This document shows positions 54,504 to 63,621 of a stretch of 64,000 nucleotides of DNA, in pieces. The notes under the pieces were generated by a model that worked only from the letters and a program-made list of their open reading frames with translations, had not been told where the DNA came from and searched no databases. The stretch comes from an uncultured Clostridium sp. (GTDB taxonomy: Bacteria; Bacillota; Clostridia; TANB77; CAG-508): NCBI GenBank assembly GCA_946500615.1, contig CAMMWP010000004.1, positions 4,585-68,584 on the forward strand, written 5' to 3'. A program made the position numbers and the translations under genes. The stretch's first letter is position 1. Every line of letters begins with the position of its first letter.

Positions 54504-55145
54504 ATGAATAAAAAGAAGATAATGATCATTTCAATATGTGCCATAATTGCATTCATTATATTAGGAGTAGCCATATATTTTATAACTAGAAATGTAACAG
54601 AAAATGCCAATGAAAACAAATTATCAAAAATGTATGATAAAATGATGGAAAAGGAAACTTATGCAATTTCATTTAAGCTAGATGATAATAACCACTATAC
54701 AGTTTCTAGAAAAGGTAACATGGCAAATATTGACCTATATCATGATGGAAGTCACACAACAAACATTGTAAGAGATGGAAATACAATTTTATTAATGCAT
54801 AATACACAAAGATATTATACTTATCAAAATAATGAAATGGAGCTTACAGAATTATCAAATGAACTAGACGAAATACTTCAAAGTCAAGAGCCACAAAAAG
54901 GAGAAGAAGAAATTAATGGAAAAAAATACAAATATGAAGAATATCAAGGTGTATTATATTTTTTAATGAATTCAGATTCAGTTATATCAAAAGAGAGTGC
55001 AATCACAAGATTTTATTTTAAAGGTAATGAATTAAAATATATTAAAACCATGATGGGAGAAGAAACAGAATTGCTTCAAGTAGATGTGTCTTATGATGTA
55101 GATAATAATATATTTGAAATACCAGAGAATTTTCAAGAAGGATAG
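54504..55145 (+). CDS. Membrane-anchored hypothetical protein
   Basis: 213 aa with an N-terminal TM helix. I recognise no family. Confidence 0.5.
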   Translation: MNKKKIMIISICAIIAFIILGVAIYFITRNVTENANENKLSKMYDKMMEKETYAISFKLDDNNHYTVSRKGNMANIDLYHDGSHTTNIVRDGNTILLMHNTQRYYTYQNNEMELTELSNELDEILQSQEPQKGEEEINGKKYKYEEYQGVLYFLMNSDSVISKESAITRFYFKGNELKYIKTMMGEETELLQVDVSYDVDNNIFEIPENFQEG

Positions 55146-55221
55146 AAAAAAAGAAAAATAACGGACGATACAGTTATAAAAGGTCCGTATTTTCTACGCA
55201 ATTTAAGAGGAGGAATTTATA

Positions 55222-56385
55222 ATGTCAATGAAATTTGTTTTAAATGAAACATCATATTTTGGAAAAGGAGCGAGAGAAGAACTTGCAAACGAAATACAAA
55301 AAAGAGGATTTAAAAAAGTATTTTTAGTAAGTGATAAATCTTTAGTAGAAGCGGGTGTAACAGCTAAAGTAGAAGAAGTATTAAATAAAGCCAATATACC
55401 ATATGATGTATATGATGAAATAAAACCAAATCCAACCATTAAAAATGTAACAGACGGTGTTGAAGCATGTAAACAATCTGGAGCAGATTTAATTGTTGCT
55501 GTTGGTGGAGGTTCAAGTATAGATACTTCAAAAGGAATATCCATTGTTATGACAAATCCAGATAGAGCAGATATTAAATCATTAAATGGTGCTTCAGACA
55601 CAGTAAATAGAGGAATGCCAATTATTGCACTTCCAACAACAGCAGGAACAGCAGCAGAAGTTACAATCAATTATGTTATCACAGATGAAGAAGCAGAAAT
55701 CAAAATGGTTTGTGTAGATCCAAATGATATTCCCATATTAGCCATCATAGATTCAGAATTAATGGCATCAATGCCAAAAAGTTTAGCAGCAGCAACAGGT
55801 ATGGATGCATTAACACATGCTGTTGAAGGATATATCACATTAGCACATAATGAAATGTCAGATATGTTTCATATGAAGGCAATTCAAATGATATTTAAAT
55901 ATTTAGCATCAGCAGTTAATGAGAAAAACGAAGAAGCCATTGAAATGATGGGAATGGCACAATATATTGCAGGTATGGGATTCTCAAATGTAGGACTTGG
56001 AATTGTCCATTCAATGGCACATCAATTAGGTGCTGTATATGATACACCACATGGAATTGCTAATGCAATGTTATTACCAACTGTTATGAGATTTAATGGA
56101 GAAGACCCAGCAACTGCACAAAGATTTAGAGAAATCCTAATGAATATCGGAAGACCAGATGCAGAGCATTTAAATGACCAAGATGTGATTAATACATTTG
56201 TATGGATGATTTCTGAATTAAGTAAAGCAGTAGGAATTGATACGAAAATTACAGATTATGGTGCGAAAGAAGAAGATTTCGAAATGCTTGCTGAAAAAGC
56301 AATGAATGATCCTTGTAAACCGGGTAATCCAAGAGAAGTAACAAAAGAAGATTTTATAGAATTATATAGAAGAGCAGCTCAATAA
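55222..56385 (+). CDS. fucO: Iron-containing alcohol dehydrogenase, lactaldehyde reductase (FucO)-like
   Basis: Collinear with E. coli FucO as I recall it (LNETSYFGKGA.., AVGGGSSIDT, LPTTAGTAAEVTINYVITDEE, GMGFSNVGLGIVHSMAH, CKPGNPREVTKEDFIELY). Confidence 0.88.
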   Translation: MSMKFVLNETSYFGKGAREELANEIQKRGFKKVFLVSDKSLVEAGVTAKVEEVLNKANIPYDVYDEIKPNPTIKNVTDGVEACKQSGADLIVAVGGGSSIDTSKGISIVMTNPDRADIKSLNGASDTVNRGMPIIALPTTAGTAAEVTINYVITDEEAEIKMVCVDPNDIPILAIIDSELMASMPKSLAAATGMDALTHAVEGYITLAHNEMSDMFHMKAIQMIFKYLASAVNEKNEEAIEMMGMAQYIAGMGFSNVGLGIVHSMAHQLGAVYDTPHGIANAMLLPTVMRFNGEDPATAQRFREILMNIGRPDAEHLNDQDVINTFVWMISELSKAVGIDTKITDYGAKEEDFEMLAEKAMNDPCKPGNPREVTKEDFIELYRRAAQ

Positions 56386-56484
56386 GTAACATAAAATTAT
56401 AAAAATATATCACTTTTTTATAAAAATACTTGTAAAATCAAAAAAAATATGCCATAATAATACCATAGTAAAAAACAATAAAAA

Positions 56485-56735
56485 AGAGGAGTAAGTTTAC
56501 ACATATTTTCAGAGAATAGAAGTCATAGGCTGAAAACTTCTTAAATCATGGTAAGCTGAAGGTAGCTTTTTTAGTTGATATTTTGAAATAAAAAGTAGAA
56601 TATCCGTCTAAGCAACGTTATAAGCTTTAATGAGATGTATAATTATTTTGAGTTATAAGAAACACTAATAATTATATAATTAAGGTGGTACCGTGAATAA
56701 AATTCGCCCTTATGTTTTTAGCATAAGGGTTTTTT
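56485..56735 (+). promoter_or_regulatory. T-box leader (Val specifier GUA) with terminator
   Basis: Stem I AGTCATAGGCTGAAAACT. Specifier context GAAG-GTA-GCTTTTTTAG (GTA at 56562-56564). T-box AATTAAGGTGGTACCGTG at 56678-56695. Terminator GCCCTTATG..CATAAGGGT plus TTTTT at 56706-56735. Confidence 0.85.
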
Positions 56736-56737
56736 GT

Positions 56738-56856
56738 GGTATAGGAAACAGTTTTTTTGAAAATAAAACTTATTATTTATTTTCACTTTGCATTGCGAAA
56801 TTTAAAAATTGCATAGTGTTTCCTATACCAAAAAACTAGCGTTGCACAGAAAAATC
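56738..56856 (+). repeat. Family-B repeat with loop insert in inverted orientation
   Basis: GGTATAGGAAAC ... GTTTCCTATACC arms enclose a ~68-bp insert. That insert is the reverse complement of the insert in the 11205 copy (TTTGAAAATAAAACT..TTTTCACTTTG..). The tail AAAAACTAGCGTTGCACAG follows. Confidence 0.75.
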
Positions 56857-56926
56857 TTTTTATCAGATATTAAATTAAATGAATGATCGATTTGGCATGT
56901 CCAAACGTTCAGAAAAGGAGGAAAAT

Positions 56927-59587
56927 ATGAACGATAAGTACAATCCAAAAGACTTTGAAGGAAAGATATATGAAGAATGGGAGGAAAAGGGATATTTCAA
57001 ACCTAGCATGGATAAAACAAAAGAAAGTTATTGCATTATGATGCCGCCACCAAATGTTACAGGAAAACTACATATGGGGCATGCATTAGATGATACAATT
57101 CAAGATATATTAATTCGTTTTAAAAGAATGCAAGAATATAATACACTATGGCTTCCAGGAACAGACCATGCAGCAATTTCAACAGAAATGAAAGTTGTTG
57201 AAAAACTAAGAAATGAAGGAAAAACAAAACAAGAGTTGGGAAGAGAAAAATTCTTAGAAGAAGCATGGGAATGGACGAGAATTTATGGTGGAACCATAGA
57301 AATGCAACAAAAAAAATTAGGATGTTCTTGTGATTGGGATAGAAAACGTTTTACAATGGATGAAGGCTTATCAGATGCTGTTTTAGAGCAATTTATTAAT
57401 TTATACAACAAAGGGTTAATTTATAAAGGAAAAAGAATGATTAACTATTGTCCAAGTTGTAAAACTTCTATATCAGATGCAGAAGTAGAATATAAAGAAG
57501 AAGCTTCTCATTTATGGCATATTCGTTATCAAATAACAGGAGAAAAAGACAGGTATATTATTGTTGCCACAACAAGACCTGAAACCATGCTAGGAGATAC
57601 AGCAGTTGCTGTTCATCCAGAAGATGAAAGATATAAAGATTTAATCGGAAAAACATGTATATTACCAATTATGAATAAAGAAATTCCAATTATAGCAGAC
57701 GAATTTGTTGAAAAAGAATTTGGAACAGGTTGTGTAAAAATCACACCAGCCCATGATATGAATGATTATCAAGCAGGTTTAAGACATCATTTAGAAATTG
57801 TAGAAGTATTTGACGAAAACTATAAAATGGGTAACTTAGTTCCAGAATACAAAGGAATGGAATTAATAGATGCAAGAAAAGCAATTGTTAAAAAGTTAGA
57901 AGAAATTGGTGCTTTGGTAAAAACAGAGGATTATACACATAATGTTGCAAAATGCGAAAGATGTAAAACAACCATAGAGCCAAAGATATCAGAGCAATGG
58001 TTTGTTTCTATGAAAGAACTAGCAAAAAGAGCAGCAGATTCTGTAAGAAATAATGAAGCAAAGTTTATTCCTAAAAAATATGAAAAACAATATTTTAATT
58101 GGTTAGATAATATACAAGATTGGTGTATTTCAAGACAATTATGGTGGGGACATCAAATACCAGCATATTATTGCGAAGAATGTGGACATATTAATGTTGC
58201 AAAAACCCTACCTACAAAATGTGAAACATGTGGAAGTACAAAATTACATCAAGATGAAGATACCTTAGATACATGGTTTAGTTCTGCATTATGGCCATTT
58301 TCAACTTTAGGTTGGCCAAACATGGAAACAGAAGATTATAAAACATTTTATCCAACAAATGTATTAGTTACAGGATTTGACATTATTACTTTCTGGGTAT
58401 CAAGAATGATGTCACAAGGATTAGAATTTACAGGCCAAGCACCATTTAAAGATATATTAATTCATGGAATGGTACGTGATAGTCAAGGAAGAAAAATGTC
58501 TAAAACATTAGGAAATGGAATAGACCCAATTGAAATTATTGATGAATATGGAGCAGATAGTTTACGATTTGCTGTTATATCAGGAACCACCATGGGAAAT
58601 GATATTCGCTATATGCCAGAAAAGTTAGAACAAGCTTCTAACTTTGCAAATAAAATATGGAATGCTGCTAAATTTATCATACATTCATTAGCAGATGAAC
58701 AAAAAGTAAGAGAATTTTGTTATGAAGTATATGAAAAAAACAAAGCATACAATCCAGATTTACTTGAAATAGAAGATAAATGGATATTAAACAAATTAGA
58801 CAAATTAGTAGATGAAGTAACAAGAAACATGGAAAACTATGATTTAGGTGTAGCATTAGATAAAATCTATGGCTTCATTTGGAACGAATTTTGTGATTGG
58901 TATATCGAAATGATAAAACCAAGAATATACAGTAACGATGAAAGCACAAAAATTGCAGTTAGTGATGTATTAAATCATGTATTTAGCACTTGCCTAAAAT
59001 TACTACATCCATTTATGCCATTTGTTACAGCAGAAATTTATAAAAATTTAATTTGTTTTGGAACAAAGGATATCATTGTATCTAAGTGGCCAGAAACAAA
59101 AGAAAAATTTGTTTTTGATCAAGAAGAAGCTATGATAGAAAAAATAAAAGAAATTATCGTAGAAATTAGGAATGTTAGAAATACAAAAAATATCCATCCA
59201 AGCAAAAAATCAAAATTAATGATTGTCAGTTCAGAATATGAAAAAGAATTAAAAGAAGTAGAAGACATTTTATTAAAATTAGGTTTTGCAGATGAAGTTA
59301 TCATACAGAAAGATTATACAGATATTCCAAAAGATGCGATTAAAATTATTACAGATGGAATAGAAGTGTTTATTCCATTAGAAGGTCTAATTGATTTAGA
59401 GGAAGAAAGAAAAAGATTACAAGAGGAAAAGAAAAGGTTAGAAGGCGAAGTAGCAAGATGTGAGAAAATGCTATCTAACCCGGGATTTATAAATAAAGCA
59501 CCACAAAGTAAAATTGATGAGGAAAAAGCAAAATTGGAAAAATATAAAGAGATGTTAGAAAAAGTTAAGGAAACTTTAAAAAGTTAA
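56927..59587 (+). CDS. valS: Valine--tRNA ligase
   Basis: PPPNVTGKLHMGH (HIGH), KMSKTLGN (KMSKS) and a C-terminal coiled coil. The ATG at 56927 follows AAAGGAGG. Confidence 0.97.
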   Translation: MNDKYNPKDFEGKIYEEWEEKGYFKPSMDKTKESYCIMMPPPNVTGKLHMGHALDDTIQDILIRFKRMQEYNTLWLPGTDHAAISTEMKVVEKLRNEGKTKQELGREKFLEEAWEWTRIYGGTIEMQQKKLGCSCDWDRKRFTMDEGLSDAVLEQFINLYNKGLIYKGKRMINYCPSCKTSISDAEVEYKEEASHLWHIRYQITGEKDRYIIVATTRPETMLGDTAVAVHPEDERYKDLIGKTCILPIMNKEIPIIADEFVEKEFGTGCVKITPAHDMNDYQAGLRHHLEIVEVFDENYKMGNLVPEYKGMELIDARKAIVKKLEEIGALVKTEDYTHNVAKCERCKTTIEPKISEQWFVSMKELAKRAADSVRNNEAKFIPKKYEKQYFNWLDNIQDWCISRQLWWGHQIPAYYCEECGHINVAKTLPTKCETCGSTKLHQDEDTLDTWFSSALWPFSTLGWPNMETEDYKTFYPTNVLVTGFDIITFWVSRMMSQGLEFTGQAPFKDILIHGMVRDSQGRKMSKTLGNGIDPIEIIDEYGADSLRFAVISGTTMGNDIRYMPEKLEQASNFANKIWNAAKFIIHSLADEQKVREFCYEVYEKNKAYNPDLLEIEDKWILNKLDKLVDEVTRNMENYDLGVALDKIYGFIWNEFCDWYIEMIKPRIYSNDESTKIAVSDVLNHVFSTCLKLLHPFMPFVTAEIYKNLICFGTKDIIVSKWPETKEKFVFDQEEAMIEKIKEIIVEIRNVRNTKNIHPSKKSKLMIVSSEYEKELKEVEDILLKLGFADEVIIQKDYTDIPKDAIKIITDGIEVFIPLEGLIDLEEERKRLQEEKKRLEGEVARCEKMLSNPGFINKAPQSKIDEEKAKLEKYKEMLEKVKETLKS

Positions 59588-59604
59588 TTGAGGAGGAAAA
59601 AGAT

Positions 59605-59811
59605 ATGGCAAATTGGGTATGCCCTAAATGTGGGAATAATGATTTTGAGGAAGATCAATTTCAATCAACTGGAGGAAATTTTTCTAAGTTATTTGATGTT
59701 CAAAATAAGAAGTTTATTACAGTTACTTGTACTAACTGTGGTTATACAGAGTTATATAAAGCAGAGACTTCAACAGGCATGAATGTATTGGATTTTTTAA
59801 TGCGTAAATAA
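59605..59811 (+). CDS. Zinc-ribbon domain protein
   Basis: 68 aa with CPKCG...CTNCG pairs. RBS GAGGAGG. Confidence 0.75.
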   Translation: MANWVCPKCGNNDFEEDQFQSTGGNFSKLFDVQNKKFITVTCTNCGYTELYKAETSTGMNVLDFLMRK

Positions 59812-60014
59812 AAAACTTTTTGCAAGGGACTATTAAAAAGGAGCATTGTCAATATAGAAATTTGTTGATAAGCTCTTTTTTGCAAAAAACTTGAAAATAG
59901 CAAAATATTATGGTATATATATTAACTTATTTTTTATTCCTGTTCTAATAAAGGGCAGATTAATATATAGCAACACGGAAACAAATTAGATAGACAATTG
60001 TCAAGGAGGAAGAA

Positions 60015-60161
60015 ATGGGAAAGTTAGTAGGCTATCTAATGGGATTGGCAGTAGCCGCAGCTTCATTGATAACTGCCATAGAAGGGATAACATCATTTGA
60101 TACATTTCTCATTGTAGCTATAATCTTCACTGTTGGTGTGGCACGAGATGATAATGACTAA
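60015..60161 (+). CDS. Small (48-aa) two-helix membrane protein, below the ORF-track size cut-off
   Basis: RBS AAGGAGGA 5 nt upstream of the ATG. Sequence MGKLVGYLMGLAVAAASLITAIEGITSFDTFLIVAIIFTVGVARDDND. An extended -10 promoter (TTGAAA-17-TGGTATATA) lies ~100 nt upstream. Confidence 0.55.
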   Translation: MGKLVGYLMGLAVAAASLITAIEGITSFDTFLIVAIIFTVGVARDDND

Positions 60162-60270
60162 AGAGAAAGGAGGTTAGTTATATTTCAAACTAATCTTCTT
60201 AAAATGTGTACTATCTTTTTTTAGCTCTTTTAAAACAAAAGCCCTGTGGTGTGTTCCATGGGGCTTTTGT

Positions 60271-60420
60271 CCTTAAATAGGAAAAATTAAGTTTTCCTAT
60301 TTAAGGACGTCGCTTTGCTTTAATGATTGCGCACAAATTTTACTTAAGTAAAATTTGACACCGAACAATAAAGTGGATTTTAAAATGTTATATATAGCTA
60401 ATTATAGGCGTTATTATTCT
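60271..60420 (+). repeat. Family-B intergenic repeat (compact copy)
   Basis: CCTTAAATAGGAAAAATTAAGTTTTCCTATTTAAGG, GACGTCGCTTTGCT, CAAATTTTACTTAAGTAAAATTTG, ..TTTTAAAATGTTATATATAG. Its right end overlaps the stop of the deacetylase gene. Confidence 0.8.
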
Positions 60421-61211
60421 CCTCTTAAATCATAAAAATTCTGAAAGATATATCCTTGTTCCTTTAAATAGTGAATAGAATCTTTTAAAACAAGATGTGT
60501 TTCATTTACATCAGAAGTATCATGCATTAAAATAACCAAAGTATCTTTATTTTTAGAAGATGTTTTCAAATTGTTCAACAACTCTGCATGAGAATATTTT
60601 TTCTCAGAATCTTTATTTAAAGCGTTCCAATCTATATAGGTATAACCTATATCAGAAAGTTGTTTCACATATTCCTGTTTTTTATTTTTATAAATAGATG
60701 CCATAAATCCATTGGGAAATCGAAAAACATGTGAAGAATAATTTTCAATACCAATAGCCTTACCAATTTCTCTATCAGTTGATAAAATCTCATTTATGAA
60801 ACTATCCAAACTAGCATATAGTTTATCATTATGATGGCTATAGCCATGATTGGCAATATAGTGACCTTCATCATATGCACGCTTCACAAGTTCTGGATGT
60901 TCTTTTACTTGTTTTCCAATAACAAAAAATGTTGCTTTTACATTTTCCTCAGCTAATATGTCAAGAACTTTAGGTGTAGAATTAACATTAGGTCCATCAT
61001 CAAAAGTCAAATAAGCAATTTTTTCTTTTTGATGAATAAGGTTAGAAATTTTATTTTCAAAAGTATTTTCTTCAAAAGCACTAGTAGGTAAGACATTCAT
61101 ATATAAGTAGGAAAAGCAAAATATCAAAAAACTAAGTACACATATAGTGGTTATGAATACAGAAAGGAGAAATGTATTTTTAATCACAACGATTTTCATA
61201 ATTATCCTCAT
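60414..61211 (-). CDS. Polysaccharide deacetylase (NodB-type; peptidoglycan/spore-cortex deacetylase-like)
   Basis: N-terminal TM helix, LTFDDGPN, HGYSH and LMHD motifs. An alternative start at 61199 is better spaced from GAGGA. Confidence 0.88.
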   Translation of the reverse strand: MRIIMKIVVIKNTFLLSVFITTICVLSFLIFCFSYLYMNVLPTSAFEENTFENKISNLIHQKEKIAYLTFDDGPNVNSTPKVLDILAEENVKATFFVIGKQVKEHPELVKRAYDEGHYIANHGYSHHNDKLYASLDSFINEILSTDREIGKAIGIENYSSHVFRFPNGFMASIYKNKKQEYVKQLSDIGYTYIDWNALNKDSEKKYSHAELLNNLKTSSKNKDTLVILMHDTSDVNETHLVLKDSIHYLKEQGYIFQNFYDLRGE

Positions 61212-61221
61212 AATCTAAGTT

Positions 61222-62688
61222 TTATCTTAACAGATTAAACCAACTAGAAAATACCTTTGTACTCATGGTTGCAATATCCATCTTATTAACAGAAACTTGA
61301 GAAACCAAATTTACAGTTGATAATACCTCCCCATCTAAAGAAAAAGAGACTTCACCTACTTTTTGGCCACTAGCAATAGGGGCTGAAATATTTTTGTCAA
61401 TTGTTACAGTTTGTTCAATATTTTTTTCACTACCTTTGGCAAGTAATATACCAGCATTATTTTCTAATACGACAGGAATAGTGGATTGTATACCTTTATC
61501 AATATTAACTGTTTGTATCAGATCTCCAGCATTTCCAAAACTTTGATAAGAAAAATTATTAAATCCATAATCTAATAATTTTTGTGCTTCTGAAAATCTA
61601 ACCTTAGTAGAAGGTGCTTTCATAATTACGGCAATTAAAGATAAGTTATCACGTGTAGCACTTGCAGACAAGTTATATAAAGCAAGAGAGGTAGAACCTG
61701 TTTTTAGACCAGTAGCACCATTATAATTTTTGATTAATTTGTTCGTATTTGAAAGTTGTGTTTCACCATTTCTTAATGTATCCATCCAAATGGTTGTATA
61801 ATTTGTAATTTCGGGATAGTTATTCAATAATTCTCTAGACATAATGGCAATATCATAACTAGAAGATACATGGTCATCTTCATCTAAGCCATGACAATTT
61901 TTAAAAGTGGTATCACTCATTCCTAGTTCATGAGCCTTATCATTCATCATTTGGACAAAAGCCTCTTCTGATCCAGCAATATATTCAGCCATTGCCACTA
62001 CACAATCATTTGCAGAATTAACACAAATGGCTTTTAGCATTTCATCAACAGTTAAAGTTTCTTTTGTATCCAACCATATTTGTGATCCGCCCATAGAAGC
62101 AGCATGTTCACTACAAGGAACAGCATCTGTTAAAGATATTTTTCCAGAATGAATTGCTTCCATAATTAGTAGAATACTCATAACTTTCGTAACAGAAGCA
62201 GGTCGTAACTGTTCATGAATATTATGGGCATATAAAATTCTACCAGAAGATTGCTCAATTAAAATGGCAGATGCAGATTCTAGATTCAAAGAGTTGTCAT
62301 CTGTAACTTCAGTTGTTGCGTTGGTAAGTAAAGAATTTTCCTCTTCTGAAACAGCAGAAGTATTTAAGCTTGTATTTGTTGCATTAGAAGTATTTGTTAC
62401 GTTTGTGCTATTAGAAGAATTTACTTTGGTATTTGTGGTATTAGATGTACTGTTTGTAGATAACATATTCATATTTTGAGGATTTACATTTGAATTTGTT
62501 ATATGGTTTGAATTAGAAGTATTAGACGAACTTTCTATTACATTTAAAGTATTTGCATTACTTGACCAGACATACAAAGAATCATCTGTTGCCAAAACAA
62601 CTGATGTGTAGGGTATAAAAATAGAAACAATCAGAAAAATAATAAGGAAATATTTTAATTTCATTTTATGCATATATTTGTCATTCAT
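61222..62688 (-). CDS. D-alanyl-D-alanine carboxypeptidase (S11, DacB/DacF-like) with an Asn/Ser/Thr-rich N-terminal insert
   Basis: SVTKVMS (SxxK), NSAND (SxN) and LKTGST (KTG) motifs, plus a C-terminal PBP5_C-like domain. The ATG at 62688 is 5 nt from GGAGG. Confidence 0.9.
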   Translation of the reverse strand: MNDKYMHKMKLKYFLIIFLIVSIFIPYTSVVLATDDSLYVWSSNANTLNVIESSSNTSNSNHITNSNVNPQNMNMLSTNSTSNTTNTKVNSSNSTNVTNTSNATNTSLNTSAVSEEENSLLTNATTEVTDDNSLNLESASAILIEQSSGRILYAHNIHEQLRPASVTKVMSILLIMEAIHSGKISLTDAVPCSEHAASMGGSQIWLDTKETLTVDEMLKAICVNSANDCVVAMAEYIAGSEEAFVQMMNDKAHELGMSDTTFKNCHGLDEDDHVSSSYDIAIMSRELLNNYPEITNYTTIWMDTLRNGETQLSNTNKLIKNYNGATGLKTGSTSLALYNLSASATRDNLSLIAVIMKAPSTKVRFSEAQKLLDYGFNNFSYQSFGNAGDLIQTVNIDKGIQSTIPVVLENNAGILLAKGSEKNIEQTVTIDKNISAPIASGQKVGEVSFSLDGEVLSTVNLVSQVSVNKMDIATMSTKVFSSWFNLLR

Positions 62689-62856
62689 AAAAACCTCCAA
62701 GTGTTTTTATATATTAGGAAAGTTATACTGACTTTCAATATATAAAAATAATTTATTTAAATATATGATAAAAAAATGAAAAAAGAACTATATTTCTTTT
62801 TCTTGACAATATTTCAGAATAAAGATAAGATAAAAGAAATAAAGGGGGAATCAAAA

Positions 62857-63576
62857 ATGCCAACATGGGCGATTCATTTGGCAACAGCCAAAAAAATAAG
62901 TGAAAAGATAAATATAAATAAAAATATATTTACATTTGGAAATATACTGCCAGACATTCCAAATGGTTATGTTATAAAAGAAATAGCACACCATATATCA
63001 CATGCAAGGACACATTTTGAAACAGATATCTTAATCGTTGAACATAAAGAAAAAAGATATAATTTAAAAACCTTTGTAGAAAGATATAAAGAAAAATTTT
63101 CTAATCCACTCATATTAGGGTATTATGTTCATCTATTAACAGATTATTATTGGAATGATAAAACATATGGGGAACGCGGGATCTTTGATGGAGAAAAAAA
63201 TAGAATCGGCTTAATTTTAAAAGGTGGAGAAAGAATATTATGTAGTAAAGAAACAGCAAGACAAATAAAAACACAAGATTTTAGAATATTCTCTCAATAT
63301 ATCTATAACCACCATTTAGCAGAAGAGATACGATATCAAGAAGAGATAAATACATATTTGCAAGAAGTAGATTGGATGAAAATAGAAAAAACAGATGTAG
63401 AAAAAACGATACAATATATAAATGACAGGTGTATAGGAAACATTCCAGTAATAGAAAAAGAAGAAGATATAGAATATAAAATATATAGTGAAAAAGAAAT
63501 GTTAGAACTATTAGATGTATCTGTTACATTTATTCTAAAAATGTTAGAGAAACATGCAAGATATCTATTAAAATAA
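62857..63576 (+). CDS. Hypothetical protein (His-rich, possible metal-dependent hydrolase)
   Basis: The ATG at 62857 follows AAAGGGGGA. MPTWAIHLATAKKI.., HHISHARTHF, YYVHLLTDYYWND. The family is not firmly recognised. Confidence 0.5.
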   Translation: MPTWAIHLATAKKISEKININKNIFTFGNILPDIPNGYVIKEIAHHISHARTHFETDILIVEHKEKRYNLKTFVERYKEKFSNPLILGYYVHLLTDYYWNDKTYGERGIFDGEKNRIGLILKGGERILCSKETARQIKTQDFRIFSQYIYNHHLAEEIRYQEEINTYLQEVDWMKIEKTDVEKTIQYINDRCIGNIPVIEKEEDIEYKIYSEKEMLELLDVSVTFILKMLEKHARYLLK

Positions 63577-63621
63577 TAAAAAAACACATAAAAAATGTTA
63601 GAAATAGAAAAGGGGGAGAAT

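Noticed and set aside
59588-59782. A 64-aa ORF overlapping the zinc-ribbon gene in another frame.
   Set aside because: The 59605..59811 frame has a strong RBS and paired CxxC motifs. The overlapping frame has neither.
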